A DNA stretch of 64,000 bases from Leucoraja ocellata (taxonomy: Eukaryota), in contig JAWMAR010000016.1 of assembly GCA_036785375.1 (NCBI GenBank), positions 7,812,001 through 7,876,000 of the forward strand, given 5' to 3'. Of this stretch, positions 34,178-46,800 are shown piece by piece; within the stretch, counting starts at the first letter, position 1, and every line of letters starts with the position of its first letter. The translations under genes were made by a program, and so were the position numbers. Below the pieces are notes generated by a model. The model had not been told where the DNA came from and searched no databases. It worked only from the letters and a program-made list of their open reading frames with translations.

Positions 34178-37100
34178 TTAGAAAATCATAGCATTTGGTG
34201 TATTCATGCACAGAAATTAAACAAATTCTTTAAAGGTTGAGTCCCATCTCCATGTAACAGATACTCAACTTTTGGCTCAATTCCAATTCCCATCGCTGTT
34301 GCACCATCCTCTTCTACACTCCTTGTTATTTCCTTCTTGTTACTTAGATCCTTTACAGTTAAAGTTGATATAAAATGCATCCTTAATTACATTTCCCATC
34401 TCCTAGGTTTCCAATAATAATTTTGCAGACTCTATATCTCATGGGACCCAAATTCACTTTAACTAACATGTAGAGAAACTTTTGACATCAGTCTTAGTAT
34501 TTCTGGCTAGCTTGATGCCTACACTAAAACAAACATTCTTAATTAATTTATGGGGCACCTGTTCTGTTTTTAATATTGTGTGCCATTTCCTAACCTGGCA
34601 TTAGTCTTTATGTAATAATTCAAACTTAGAATTTATTCATCTTTAACTTATTTGGTTAAGTGTGGATGGGAGGTCCTTCCTTGAAATATGGAATTGACTT
34701 CTCTAACATCCACCTACCTCTGCCCCTTCCTCAGATACCTTGAACAATTGCAGGAGATAATCTCGAGATAAAGCAATCTAATTGTCTCCTCACCTGCCTC
34801 CCATTCTCTGAAACTGTTGAAATTCACTTTTCCCAAAATTGTTGCACTATCCTCTTGTACAGCCCATCATGGTGGGTGCTGTACAGACCTTCAAGGTGTA
34901 TGTTGTTCAGTCCTTCATGGTCTGTGTTGTTTTCATGGTCTCAAACGTCTCAGCATTATTTGGCCGTGTAACTAATTTTCACGTTTGTATCCAGGCACCT
35001 GGGGTTAACTCCACACAGTCACTAGAAGAACATACAAACTCCACAGAGAAAGCACTGGAAGTCAGTTTGGACACAGATTGCTGAGCTGTGAGGCAGGATA
35101 TAATAATGGGGGATTTTAACTTTTCAAATATTGACTGGGACTGCCATAGTGCTAAGGATTTGGATGGCATGGATTGTTAAATATGCTCAGGAATGTTTCC
35201 CATTCAATATGTAGATGCCCACTACTAGAGCAAGGGCAAAACTCAATCTCCTCTTAGGAAATAAGGCAGGGTAAATGATTGAAGCAGTAATGTGGGAGCA
35301 CGTTATGACCAGTGAAGATAATTCTATTTGTTTTTAAATATTTATGGAATAGGATAGGACTGGTTCAGATGTTGAAGTCTTAAATTAGGGTAAACCCAAT
35401 GGTAGTGAGGTTGGCATTTGACCAGCTGGTCTTCACTGGACTCTATAAATGGTTTATTTCTTCAAGTCCAATTCACTGGTAACGTGTGAAATACTAACCA
35501 ACCTTTAACATGGTGCAGAACTAATTGTCAGTCAAATCAAACAAAGACAAACTCCCCACTCACCAAGTTCACCTGGGGCCTCCCATCAGGTCAACATTAT
35601 TTATTTAACTGGAAAACTAGAGTACATAGTTTGTTCTCTAGCTTCTGAATGGTTCTGCCATAACTTGGGTAGTGACGTCCTGGAGGCATTGGATTTTGCC
35701 TCTGGAACTGGTTCACTACAAATGCTGCGATCTATATGCTGCACTATGTATCTTTCCTTTTGTCCTACATATTGCACGCGAGTATGACTTGATATTATTT
35801 ATTTACTGCACCATCTGATTTGATTGTATTGCTTCCAATACAAAGTATTGCACTGTTTCTCTGTACACATGACAATAATTAACCCAAACTAAACGATGTA
35901 ATTATAGATTTCAAAAGGAAATCAGCTTTATACTCAAGACCGATGATAGAGGTAGCTCATAGAGCTGCTGCCTCACATTTCCAATGTCTCGGGTTCAACC
36001 CTGGCTGGTGCTATCCATGTGAAGTTTGCATGTTCTCCAGGTGCACTCGTTTGCTCCCACGCCCCACTGTAAGTTGAATTTCTGTAGATGAATGATTGAA
36101 TCTGGTAGAAAACTGAGATTAGTGTAAATGGATGGTTGATGGCTGGCGGGGAACTAGTGGACCAAAGGCCTGTCTGAAGAAAGTTCTCGACCCGTAATGC
36201 TATTCCTATTCTCTAGAGATGCTGTCCCGCTAGTTTTTGTGTCAATCTTCAGACCAAAGAGCCTATTGCCTATTAAAGCTGTATAACACTAAAAATGAGA
36301 GATTGTGGAAAGGAAGAGGGGAATTGGATTATTGCATAATTCTTTCATGGGTGGCAGAAGGATGATGAGATGCATTATCTGTGTGAATAAGTGAAGATAG
36401 GCAGAACTAGTGAAAATTAAACAAAAGGATATTGTCATGGACTATTTTAAAGTTTAACTTCTTGGTATAAAAATAGCATCGTGGCCCAAATGTGGCATTG
36501 CACCGAAAGGAAAATTGAGAGAATTTGCCAAAATTCCTATTTCAATTCCCCTTTTGTACAGCCTGCTAATCTGTAAAAGAACAATCCAAACTACCTCCAC
36601 GTCGACCTAATTGCTTTTGTCAGGTGAATATAGAATTGAAACATGAGATTATGGACAACGGCTTCAGCACAGACAGCCCTCGAAAACCCATTGAAATGAT
36701 TATCACACCCACTAACCACTGAAAGACATAACTATTTGTCTCTAAATAAACCTGTTAAAAAAAAATCAAGAGAGACGAAACTGCAAATGCAGGAACCTTG
36801 AGCAAAATACCAAAGTGCTGCAGGAACTCAGCAGATTAGTTTAGTTTATTATTATTGTCCCACCGTCCCACTGAGGTAGGCTTTATCTTAAGGATAAAGG
36901 GGAAATCCTTTAAAACCGAGATGAGAAGAACTTTTTTCACACAGAGAGTGGTGAATCTCTGGAACTCTCTGCCACAGAGGGTAGTTGAGGCCAGTTCATT
37001 GGCTATATTTAAGAGGGAGTTAGATGTGGCCCTTGTGGTTAAGGGGATCAGGGGGTATGGAGAGAAGGCAGGTATGGGATACTGAGTTGGATGATCAGCC

Positions 37101-37411
37101 ATGATCATATTGAATGGCGGTGCAGGCTCGAAGGGCCGAATGGCCTGCTCCTGCACCTAATTTCTATGTTTCTATGTAGGGTGACAAATGGTTGTTTGCC
37201 ATAATTGTCATGTGTACAGAGGTACAGTGAAAAGCTTTTGTTTGCATGTTATCCAGTCAAAAAGACGATACATGAATACACTCAAACCATCCACAGTGTA
37301 CAGATAAAGGTATAATAGTTAGTGCAAGTATAACCTTGTAGTCTGAAAAAGTCAGAATAAAGATAGTTCAAAGGTCTCCAATGAGGTAGACAGGAGGTCA
37401 GGACTGTATTC

Positions 37412-37476
37412 CAGTTGAAGAGAGGACCATTCAGTGAAGAGAGGACCATTCAGTTGAAGAGAGGACCATTCAGTTG
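37412..37476. repeat. Short tandem repeat, 3 copies of a 19-20-bp unit (CAGTTGAAGAGAGGACCATT), inside a LINE tail
   Basis: Direct tandem copies with no spacers. Confidence 0.85.
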
Positions 37477-37649
37477 CCTGATAACAGCTGGGAAGAAACT
37501 GTTGCTGAATCTGGAAGTATGCATTTTCGAACTTCTGTACCTCTTGCCTGATGGAGCCGGGAGAAGAGGAAGTTACCAGAATGAGCCTGGTCCTTGATTA
37601 CGCTGACGGTCAAAACATCCAGGCCGAAGAAGAGTCGCCATTGAAAATA

Positions 37650-37925
37650 TCATCTGAAGAAGGGTCTCAACCCAAAACATCTCCTGCACAGAGACAGACA
37701 CAAAACGCTACAGTAACTCAGCAGGTCAGACAGCATCTCTGGAGAAAAGTAATAGGCGACGTTTCGGGTCAAGACCCTTCTTCAGACTTAGAGTCAGGGG
37801 AAAGAGTCTTGACCCGAAACGGCACCTATTCCTTTTCACCAGACATGCTGTCTGACCGGCTGAGTTACCCCAGTGTTTTGTGTCTATCTTCGGTTTAAAA
37901 CAGCATCTGCAGTTCCCTCCTACAC
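37650..37925. mobile_element. Penelope-derived foldback element with an intact hammerhead core (- strand, 37758-37785)
   Basis: Reverse complement reads AGT-CTGAAGA-A-GGGTC-TT-GACCC-GAAAC-GTC-GCC. Confidence 0.7.
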
Positions 37926-38085
37926 ATTTCCTCTACGGAGACTCTACACCGAGTTCTTTCTCCACTTGTTTTTTGGCTTATATTTTTAAAAAAGCAATCA
38001 ATTTTGAGTTCTGAGTGTCCAATCTTTAATTGACACGGGCACCTTTTCATTTCCCGCACTCAAAACCAGGAAATCTAAATTCTAA

Positions 38086-38758
38086 AGGGGCTGTCCCACT
38101 GCGGCGAACTAATCCGCGAGTTGAGTAGAGTGTCTTCAACCTTCAAGCTCGAGGGCACTCGCCTGGAAAACCTCGAGCTGGATCGACCGTCAGCGATGAA
38201 ACAGTGAGCTGGATCGACCGACCGCGCACACACACACACTAACACATCGCAAAGGCGGGGGCCAGAGAAAGCGGGGGAGCACTGTCTTAAATTCAGACCC
38301 ACGATGAAGAGGAAGGTAAAAGACAGCTGCACAGTAATGGTAAGTCCTTTAGAGAGCATGGAGGGGGGGAGGGGGGGGGAGAGAAGTAGTGGGAAGGGGA
38401 AGGAGGGGCGGAGAGAAGGGGGGAGAAGAAGGGGTGGGGGGGAAAAGGGGGTGGGGCGAAGGAGTGGAGACACTTTTAAGAAGTATAAAGTTTAGTGGGC
38501 ATTTCACCACCGGTTGGTTTTCCTTGGTCTTGAAAACTCCAATGAACCAATCAAAATGCCCGGTCAGTGAACATGCTGAAAATGTTTCCGCGATCTAGCT
38601 GAGGCCACGAGTATTCGGGAACTTCACTCGAGCATGAAGGAGAGTTCCAGTGACCTCATAGGACCTCCGAAGACCACGTGTCGACCATGCTGCGAGTTTG
38701 AGTCGAGGGCAAACTCGTCTAAACTCGCAGATTAGGTTGCCGCAGTGGGACAGCCCCT
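38086..38758. mobile_element. PIF/Harbinger-type MITE (TAA TSD) with a G-rich interior
   Basis: TIR AGGGGCTGTCCCACTGCGGC(G/A)A(A/C)CTAATC at both ends; TAA at 38083-38085 and 38759-38761. Confidence 0.88.
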
Positions 38759-40254
38759 TAAAGGAGCAGCCATATCATAGCCTGTATACAGGCAGCATGT
38801 TTTGTGAGGTGATACAATCTTATCAAATTATTAGCCAGGATCAGTTACCCAACATGGCTTAACTAATGCAGATCTTGTATTTTTTTTTTAAATGATTAAA
38901 GCAGTGATGTTAAATCAAAGTTAAAAATAAATGATCAGGATGAAAAGGACAAGAGTAATTGATGAGTCACGGCAACACTGGCTACATGGATTCATTTATA
39001 AATACAGTTGAGCTGCTGATCTCTCAAGCACAGGTCCTGCTGGGTGACCTTCAAGCTTTGATTTTTTTTATAATGTGAACTACTTCATCATGGAAGTGGG
39101 TTGCAAAGTGATTGGAACATAAAATGCAGCCAATGCTCATTCACAGAGCGAGCCAAGATGTCATACATCGCCTTGTTGCAGGCAATTCCCATGACGCAGC
39201 CTCGAGAGAAAATCATCACAGACCACTTTCCACCCGAGAGCAATAACTAATCCAGTGGCCCTCCCCCTCCCCCTCGCCCTCCCCCACCCCCTCCCCCTCC
39301 CCCCTCTATGATCAAAATATTACCAATCAATCACTAGTTCTTGGGCAATAATGCTTTGCAAATCATTTCTTTCCACATTAGGTCGTTCTATAGCAGAGGC
39401 ATTATTTACAACCAGAGTGCGGCAGATTTTATTTTACTGATAATGATACTGAAGCTTAATGTGCACCCAATCACAAGCAAAGAAGTGAACATGATTCATG
39501 CCATGCCACCACAGGGGAAACTACAAATATAAAAGAATGCATGTTAGTGGATGCCTCACAAGGCACACTAGGGAGGTAACACAGCAGAACACGATACTGG
39601 GGGGACAGCTCAGATTTTAGATGATTTATTTTCATGATAATTGGTTAAAACATTTTCAACTTTCCATTACGAATAATTACCAATCAAACATTTAAACATT
39701 TGAAAAAAATATCTAAGGAATTATCATCAGTGATAATTTACAAGCATTGAATCTGAAAATTGACAACACCAGAGGGTGATGGGCCCATTATGTCTCAGTT
39801 AATTAAAGTAAGTTAATCATCCATATCCCATCTTTCCAGCACTCGACCCATGACACCCAGGTCACGGCCATCCATGCACACTTCCTAGCGGTCTTTAAAT
39901 GTTGGGAGGTTTTCTGCTTTTACATCCTTTCCGGTGGCAAATTCCAATCCTTTACCACCTTCTGGGAAGCAGCATGTACTAGAACATAGACGACTAAGAG
40001 TAGGCCATTCGCTACAAATGCCTACACCATTCACCAAAACCACGGTCTTGTACCTTAATCTCTTTGATATCACCTTTCGCTACTAACATCACATCCCTTT
40101 AATAACTAGTGATCTTTCTTGAATATACCAAATGACTGACCTCTGAAGCACCCTTGCATACAAATTTCCAAAGACTCATTGGATTTAGTTTTATTATTGT
40201 GATGTATTGTTATTATACAGAGGTGCAGATAATACTATCCATGAATACAAATAC

Positions 40255-41418
40255 CGCCACAACTTATATGTCAGGCTGTTATTCATAGACTACAGCTCGG
40301 CATTTAATACCATCATCCCCTCCAAGCTGGTTACCAAGCTGTCAGATCTGGGTCTCTGCGCTTCCCTCTGCAATTGGATCCTCGACTTCCTCATCCACAG
40401 CCCACAGTCTGTCCGCATTGGTGGAAATGTGTCATCCTCACTAACAATCAGCACGGGAGCACCTCAAGGCTGCATGCTCAGTCCCCTGCTGTACTCACTC
40501 TATACTCATGACTGCGTAGCCGGACATAGTGCAAACTCCATCATCAAGTTCGCCGACGACACCACGGGGACAAATCGCTGATGGTGATGAGTCAGAGTAT
40601 AGAAGTGAGATCGACCGAATGACCAAATGGTGCCAGCACAACAACCTGGCTCTCAACACCAGCAAAACCAAGGAACTGATTGTGGACTTTGGAAGGGGTA
40701 AGATAGGGACCCACAGTCCCGTTTATATCAACGGGACGATGGTGGAAAGGGTCAAGAACTTCAAATTCCTGGGCGTGCATATCTCCGAAGATCTTTCCTG
40801 GTCCCAGCACACTGATGCAATCATAAAGAAGCCATCAGCGCCTCTACTTCCTGAGAAGATTACGGAGAGTCGGTTTGTCAAGGAGGACTCTCTCGAACTT
40901 CTACAGGTGCACAGTAGAGAGCATGCTGACTGGTTGCATCGTGGCTTGGTTCGGTAATTTGAACGCCCAGGAGCAGAAAAGAATGCAGAAAGTTGTAAAC
41001 ACTGCCCAGTTCATCATCAGCTCTGACCTCCCCACCATCGATAGGATCTATCGCAGTCGCTGCCTCAAAAAGGCTGCCAACATCATCAAAGACCCACACC
41101 ATCCTGGCCACACACTCGTCTCTCCGTTGCCATCGGGAAGAAGGTACAGGAGCTTGAAATCTGGAACATCCAGGTTCAGGAGCAGTTTCTTCCCCACAGC
41201 CACCAGGCTATTAAACATGCCATCAAACAAACTCTGAACAATAACAGCCTATTGCACTTTATTTTTTGTGTATATCTATGGTCTATGGTATATAGACACA
41301 CTGAACTTTTATCTCCTGTTCTATTTTATGTTTACATATTCTGTTGTGCTGCAGCAAGCAAGAATTTCATTGTCCTATCTGGGACACATGACAATAAAAC
41401 TCTCCTGACTTGACTTGT
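40255..41418 (+). mobile_element. Rex1/Babar-type LINE, 5'-truncated and frameshifted
   Basis: [45 protein letters not shown]; tail gacaataaaac...gacttgacttg. Confidence 0.9.
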
Positions 41419-44400
41419 CACCGAAGCTGCCTGACCTACTGAGTAATTCCAACATTTATGCCCTTTTTTAAAATAGCCATATGGTTAAAAACTGACTTTA
41501 GTAATATTTAAATGTAATTAATAAATTATTGAATAGTGCTTATCACATAGTCATAACGTGCACAATACATGTGAACCACCAGCTCCAAGTCATCATGGAA
41601 ATTAGTGATTACTTTTATGGAAGTTATGTGAAAAGAATACATGATTCTACAGAAACACAATCAGTCTCAAGAAGGGTCTCGACCCGAAACGTCGCCCATT
41701 CTTTCTCTCCAGAGATGCTGCCTCACCCGCTGAGTTACTCCAGCATTTTGTGTCTACAATCATTCAAATATGTTAAGTAATCATATCAGATTGCAACTAT
41801 TATTTACTTAGTAGAAATACGCAATTATTCACACTCAGTAATGTTAGCCTTGATGTTGAGAACTAATAGCATAATGAAATTTCCTTTCAGAATGTTTTTA
41901 ATCCCTGTCAATTATAGTTTGCTTTAGATTGGAGACAATATTTTATGCTCAGTTAAGGGTTCCGATGTTCAGAGCAAGAGCAATTAGGCATAGACTTATC
42001 AACTTGTTCCAGCACAGGTACAAAGGCAGCAGCCATATTCTAATTAAACACACCTTTGGAATGAATTACTCATCTCAATGGGACAGCTAGAAGCAACAGT
42101 TTGTCCATTGGATAATGTGAAGTGGAAGATGGAATCATGCACTAATGGCAGTTGGCTCATTGGATAGTTATATCAATGTCATTTCCCCCCAAAACATTAT
42201 TTTTCCCCTATAGAATAAATTTATTTTCCGCTTTCCTCCATCTCCTTGGCAGAGGTGAAAATAGAAACTTAGTAAGTGGCCCATCATGTGAAGGCACACA
42301 CAAAAATCAAAATATTATGACTGTCTATGCCTAATTGCTATCAGCAATATAATTGGGAATGAACAATAGCAACTGTCATACTGGTACAACAACCACAAAC
42401 TCAACCACAGTTACCCCTTTCACATGTAGCAGTGCCTTCTATAATAGAAAGTTAGTTGACGTTACCTGGTAGTTCTGCTTTCTAAAACATATACTTATTT
42501 CCCCTTTATAATGCAACACAGAATACGGAAGTAAACAAAACTGATATGAAACTTATGGTAGACAAAAATGCTGGAGAAATTCAGCTGGTTAGGGAGCAAA
42601 GGAAATAGACGACGTTTCGGATCGAGACCCTTCTTCAGACTAATGTGGGGGGGGGGGGGAGGAAGAGGCGGATACAGTGGGCTGTGGGAGAGCTGTGAAG
42701 GGGATGGGAAAGAAGGAGAGAGCAGGGACTACCTGAAATTGGAGAAGTCAATGTTCATACCGCTGGGGTGTAAACTACCCAAGTGAAATATGAGGTGCTG
42801 CTTCTCCAATTTACAGTGGGCCTCACTCTGGCCATGGAGGAGGCCCAGGACTGATTCGGAATGAGAGGAGGAGTTGAAGTGCTGAGCCACCTGGAGGTCG
42901 GGTTGGTTATTGCGAACCGAGCGGAGGTGTTGGAACAGATGTCAGGCAGACTAATGTTATTTCCAAACATCTGCAAACTTTGAAGTCACTCCTGGTACAT
43001 CCAAGTCCAGATTATTAAGGGACAATGGAAAAACAGTGGCCCTAACACCCATAGATACCACTCCCCTCAGGACAAAGAATAGATTTCCACCATTCCTTAC
43101 TTTCTGTCCCTGGGTAATGTCAAGTCCATTTGTTCACGGTTACAAGATGACATGTTATAATGTTGAAGAAAGTAAATGTTCCATGCCTGAACAGAATAAG
43201 AACACTGCAATAACAAATAGAATTTTCCTACCCAATTATAATATCTTCTCATCATACTAATATGCAAGTAAAACTTTACTTTTCACTTCAGGTTTCTTGC
43301 AATTTGGCTGTCTAAAATTAACACAGGAAACTAAAAATATTTAAGAACCTGCCAAAATACAGTTTCACAACCTGAAATGCCAGGTTACTTAAATCCCAAA
43401 ACTCAGTATGAACCTAGCAGTAGAATAAAGAAAGATTATATTGCAGACAACAGATTTTTTTTGTGTTCAAAGCAGAATTTTTAAGAGAGTAATCTAAAAA
43501 TCAATTGACAGGTGAAAGGTGCTTATGATATGACACAAATCTATAAAGCTGTAAACCTGTAGATCTCAGCAACCTAATTAATGTTACAGAGTAGTTGAGA
43601 AACAAATTTAAAAAAATCAGACATTACTTATTCTCCTTTCCAGATTTGCATTTTATTCAATAAGACATATTCTGGCCGAATAATTTAATTAGAAATCCTA
43701 CATCAACTCATCCTGCATCAACCCATTTCATTAATTGTTTAATTGTTTAATTTCTGCAATATTATTTTAATTGGCAGTCAATTAGTGCAGGTATTTGCCT
43801 TCAGAAGTTGTTCCAATGAGCCTCACGATTCTCAATATAACCAAACGCTTGTTGCTTGGCTTATACACAAAAGTACCCACCTAGGATATATTTTTCCTGA
43901 AATGTATGTCAGTTTGATATAAATGTAGTCTTAAATTGTTTGGACAGACAATGATATTCCAATCCCAAATTTCTGGAAAATCAGTTTCAATGATGGAGAT
44001 GAATTGAACACTCTGAAATGCAACATCCCAGAGAGGCAAGAATTATTTCAAGTTGCCAGAATCAATCACTTAAAATTGAGCTGTTTTTTGTTTAATTAAC
44101 ATATTTTGAATTAGAGTGAAGGAAATTGTGCATCTCCAGTAACCACAGAGCAAAGGCTTTTATATGAATCTGCTGCAGCAAAAGGTTACGTTTATTTTAG
44201 GCTTTCTGCAAGCAGTGATAAAGCCGTTATTCCAATGCAAGCTCGCAACATTTTCAAAGATAAATGCAAGATCACTAAAGGGTTTCTGAACAGTATATCT
44301 CGTCGGTCTGAAAGTATAGCTGCTATCTTGACGCTGGCCTCAACATGTTCCACTGGAATACAAATCCACCAAAGCCTCTTTTCTGCATTCCTGGACGTCT

Positions 44401-44924
44401 TTTTATATATGGCATTATACTCCATCGTTCAACATTCGGCTTTACCCCTTCTCTGTGAAACATTATTCTACCAGCTCTCAGCCTGCAAGAAAAAAATCTT
44501 CCTTAATATTATCTTTGTTGTTTGACTTTCATTGAATATGTAACTGAAAGTAGCACATCCACCGTATGTTAACTCAGCGGGACTGAAGAAGCATCTCGAC
44601 CCAAAACGTCACCCATCCCTTCTCTCCAAACGTGCTACCTGTTCTGCTACCTGTTCTGATGCTACCTGTTCTGCTCCAGCATATCGTGTCTATCCAAGGA
44701 GCAGTAGGTCTATAAGAACAATGAAGATGTTTACAGGCGAGTCACAGAAAACTGGGAAATTGAATAACCTTGACAAATCAATAAATGGATGTATTAACAT
44801 ATTTGGTTATAGTACTGAGCTAGTAATGCAGAGGCCTGGATGTATTTAGTGCTTCAGTCCAAAAAGAGACAAAAAGGTTAAATGAACTGTATGTTATTTT
44901 TATCAAGGAACCATTTGAATGACC

Positions 44925-45107
44925 AAGAAGGAACTGCAGAAGCTGGAAAATCGAAGGTAGACAAAAATGCTGGAGAAACTCAGCGGGTGTGGCAGCATCT
45001 ATGGAGCGAAGGAAGTAGGCAACGTTTCGGCACGAAACGTTGCCTATTTCCTTCGCTCCATAGATGCTGCCGCACCCGCTGAGTGTCTCCAGCATTTTTG
45101 TCTACCT
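44925..45107. mobile_element. Penelope-derived miniature foldback element with a 15-bp TSD
   Basis: ACCATTTGAATGACC at 44910-44924 and 45108-45122; near-perfect inverted arms. Confidence 0.8.
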
Positions 45108-45521
45108 ACCATTTGAATGACCTTTGCTTCAGAAATCACTCATACAAATCAAGTCAATGGAACTCATAGAGGAAAGTGTGGACGTCAGTGTCACAGCTGT
45201 AGAGTTGCTGCCTTACAGCGCCAGAGACCCGGGTTTGATCCTGACTACAGGTGCTGTCTGTATGGAGTAACCACTTCTTCTTAACATTTGACCATTCTTG
45301 AATCGTGCATCATCGACAGCCTGAGTGTCAGTAACTATTAGATGGTAAAGTGCATGGGTCTCACAAAGAGTGTGGCAGCAAGAGCTGGGCATTCCATGAG
45401 GAGTGGCTCCACCAAGCCCTTCCACCATCCACAGGGCATGTTGGGCTAGAAAACTAAAGATGATTGAATCTACCCAGCCAGAAACAGTCTGATTAACTTG
45501 AACCTGTTTTAAATATTAACT

Positions 45522-45708
45522 GTAGGTACACAAAAAAGCTGGTGAAACTCAGCGGGTGCAGCAGCATCTATGGAACGAAGGAAATAGGCAACGTTTCGGG
45601 CCCCCTGAAACGTTGCCTATTTCCTTCGCTCCATAGATGCTGCAGCACCCGCTGAGTTTCTCCAGCTTTTTTGTTTACCTTCGATTTTCCAGCATCTGCA
45701 GTTCCTTC
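45522..45708. mobile_element. Penelope-derived miniature foldback element with a 13-bp TSD
   Basis: TTAAATATTAACT at 45509-45521 and 45709-45721; near-perfect inverted arms. Confidence 0.8.
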
Positions 45709-45861
45709 TTAAATATTAACTCCCCTGTCTCACATTCGAGACACACTAGATTAAACTGCAAACACTCCTCCAGCAGTACCTGCAAACCCTGCGCCTTCCA
45801 TCACCATTATACAGGCTAATATATATGTGCTAATGCCAGCATCTGCAAGGTATACATTATC

Positions 45862-46800
45862 CAGGGTGGCACTGTGGCGCAGCTGGCCTCACAGTGCCAG
45901 AGACAAGAGTTCAATCCTGATCTTGGATGCTGTCTGTGTGGAGTTTGCATGTTCTCCCGGTGCCTTTGTGGGTTTCCTCCGGGTCCTCCAGTTTCCTCCC
46001 CCACATTGCAAAGTTGTTTGTATGTTAATTGGTTACTGTAAATTGCCCCTAATGAGTAGGGAGTGGATGCAAAAGCAGGATAACATAGAACTAGTGTGAA
46101 TGGGAGATCAATGGTGGGTGAGGACTCGGTGGGCCAAAGGGCCTATTCCTATGATGTGCGTTTCAATCATTCCAGACTGTCCTTTCATGCTTGATGCTCT
46201 GCTGAATCCTGCACTGTTCTATCCAACAGTAAATGTGAGACTAGCTTTACCTGGTGAACTTACAAAGCTCAACAAGATGGCTCTTGGACATCTCCAGACA
46301 AATAGGAACTGGCAATAAATAAGTTCCAATGAAGGGTCTTCAACCTGAAACATTGGCTCCTTTTCTACCCTCTGACTTGCTGAGCATTTCCAGGTTTTAT
46401 TCCTGAAGATAACTCCTTGCTTTGCCAGTGACAATCATGTCCCAGTAATGAAGACTTGCAAGATACACTTGGCTAGTGCTGCAGAGGGAATCCCTTGATT
46501 TGGACTTTAGACCTTAGAGATACAGTGCAGAAACAGGCCCTTCAGCCCACCAAGTCAGTGCCGACCAACAATCATCCTGTACACAAACACTATCCTCCGC
46601 ACTAGGGACAATTTACAATTTTACCAAAGCCAATTTACCTACAAACCTCTACGCCTTTGCAGTGTGAGAAGAAACCGGATCACCCAGAGAAAACGCACAA
46701 GGTCACAGGGAGAATGTATAAACTCCGTACATACAGCACCTGTAGTCAGTTCTCTGACGCTATAAGGCAACAACTCTACTGCTGCACCACCGTACCACCC
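45862..46800. mobile_element. Two V-SINEs in opposite orientation (about 45862-46165 on +, 46500-46800 on -)
   Basis: Same head, V-domain and tail as the SINE at 282-600; another copy lies at about 49970-50275 (-). Confidence 0.75.

Noticed and set aside
37412-37476. Short direct repeats (also 44633-44675) considered as a CRISPR-like array
   Set aside because: Head-to-tail with no unique spacers, inside eukaryotic retroelement debris.
44192-44525. Overlapping 77-aa and 96-aa ORFs
   Set aside because: No recognisable domain and no in-frame partner exons; kept only as a possible non-coding exon.
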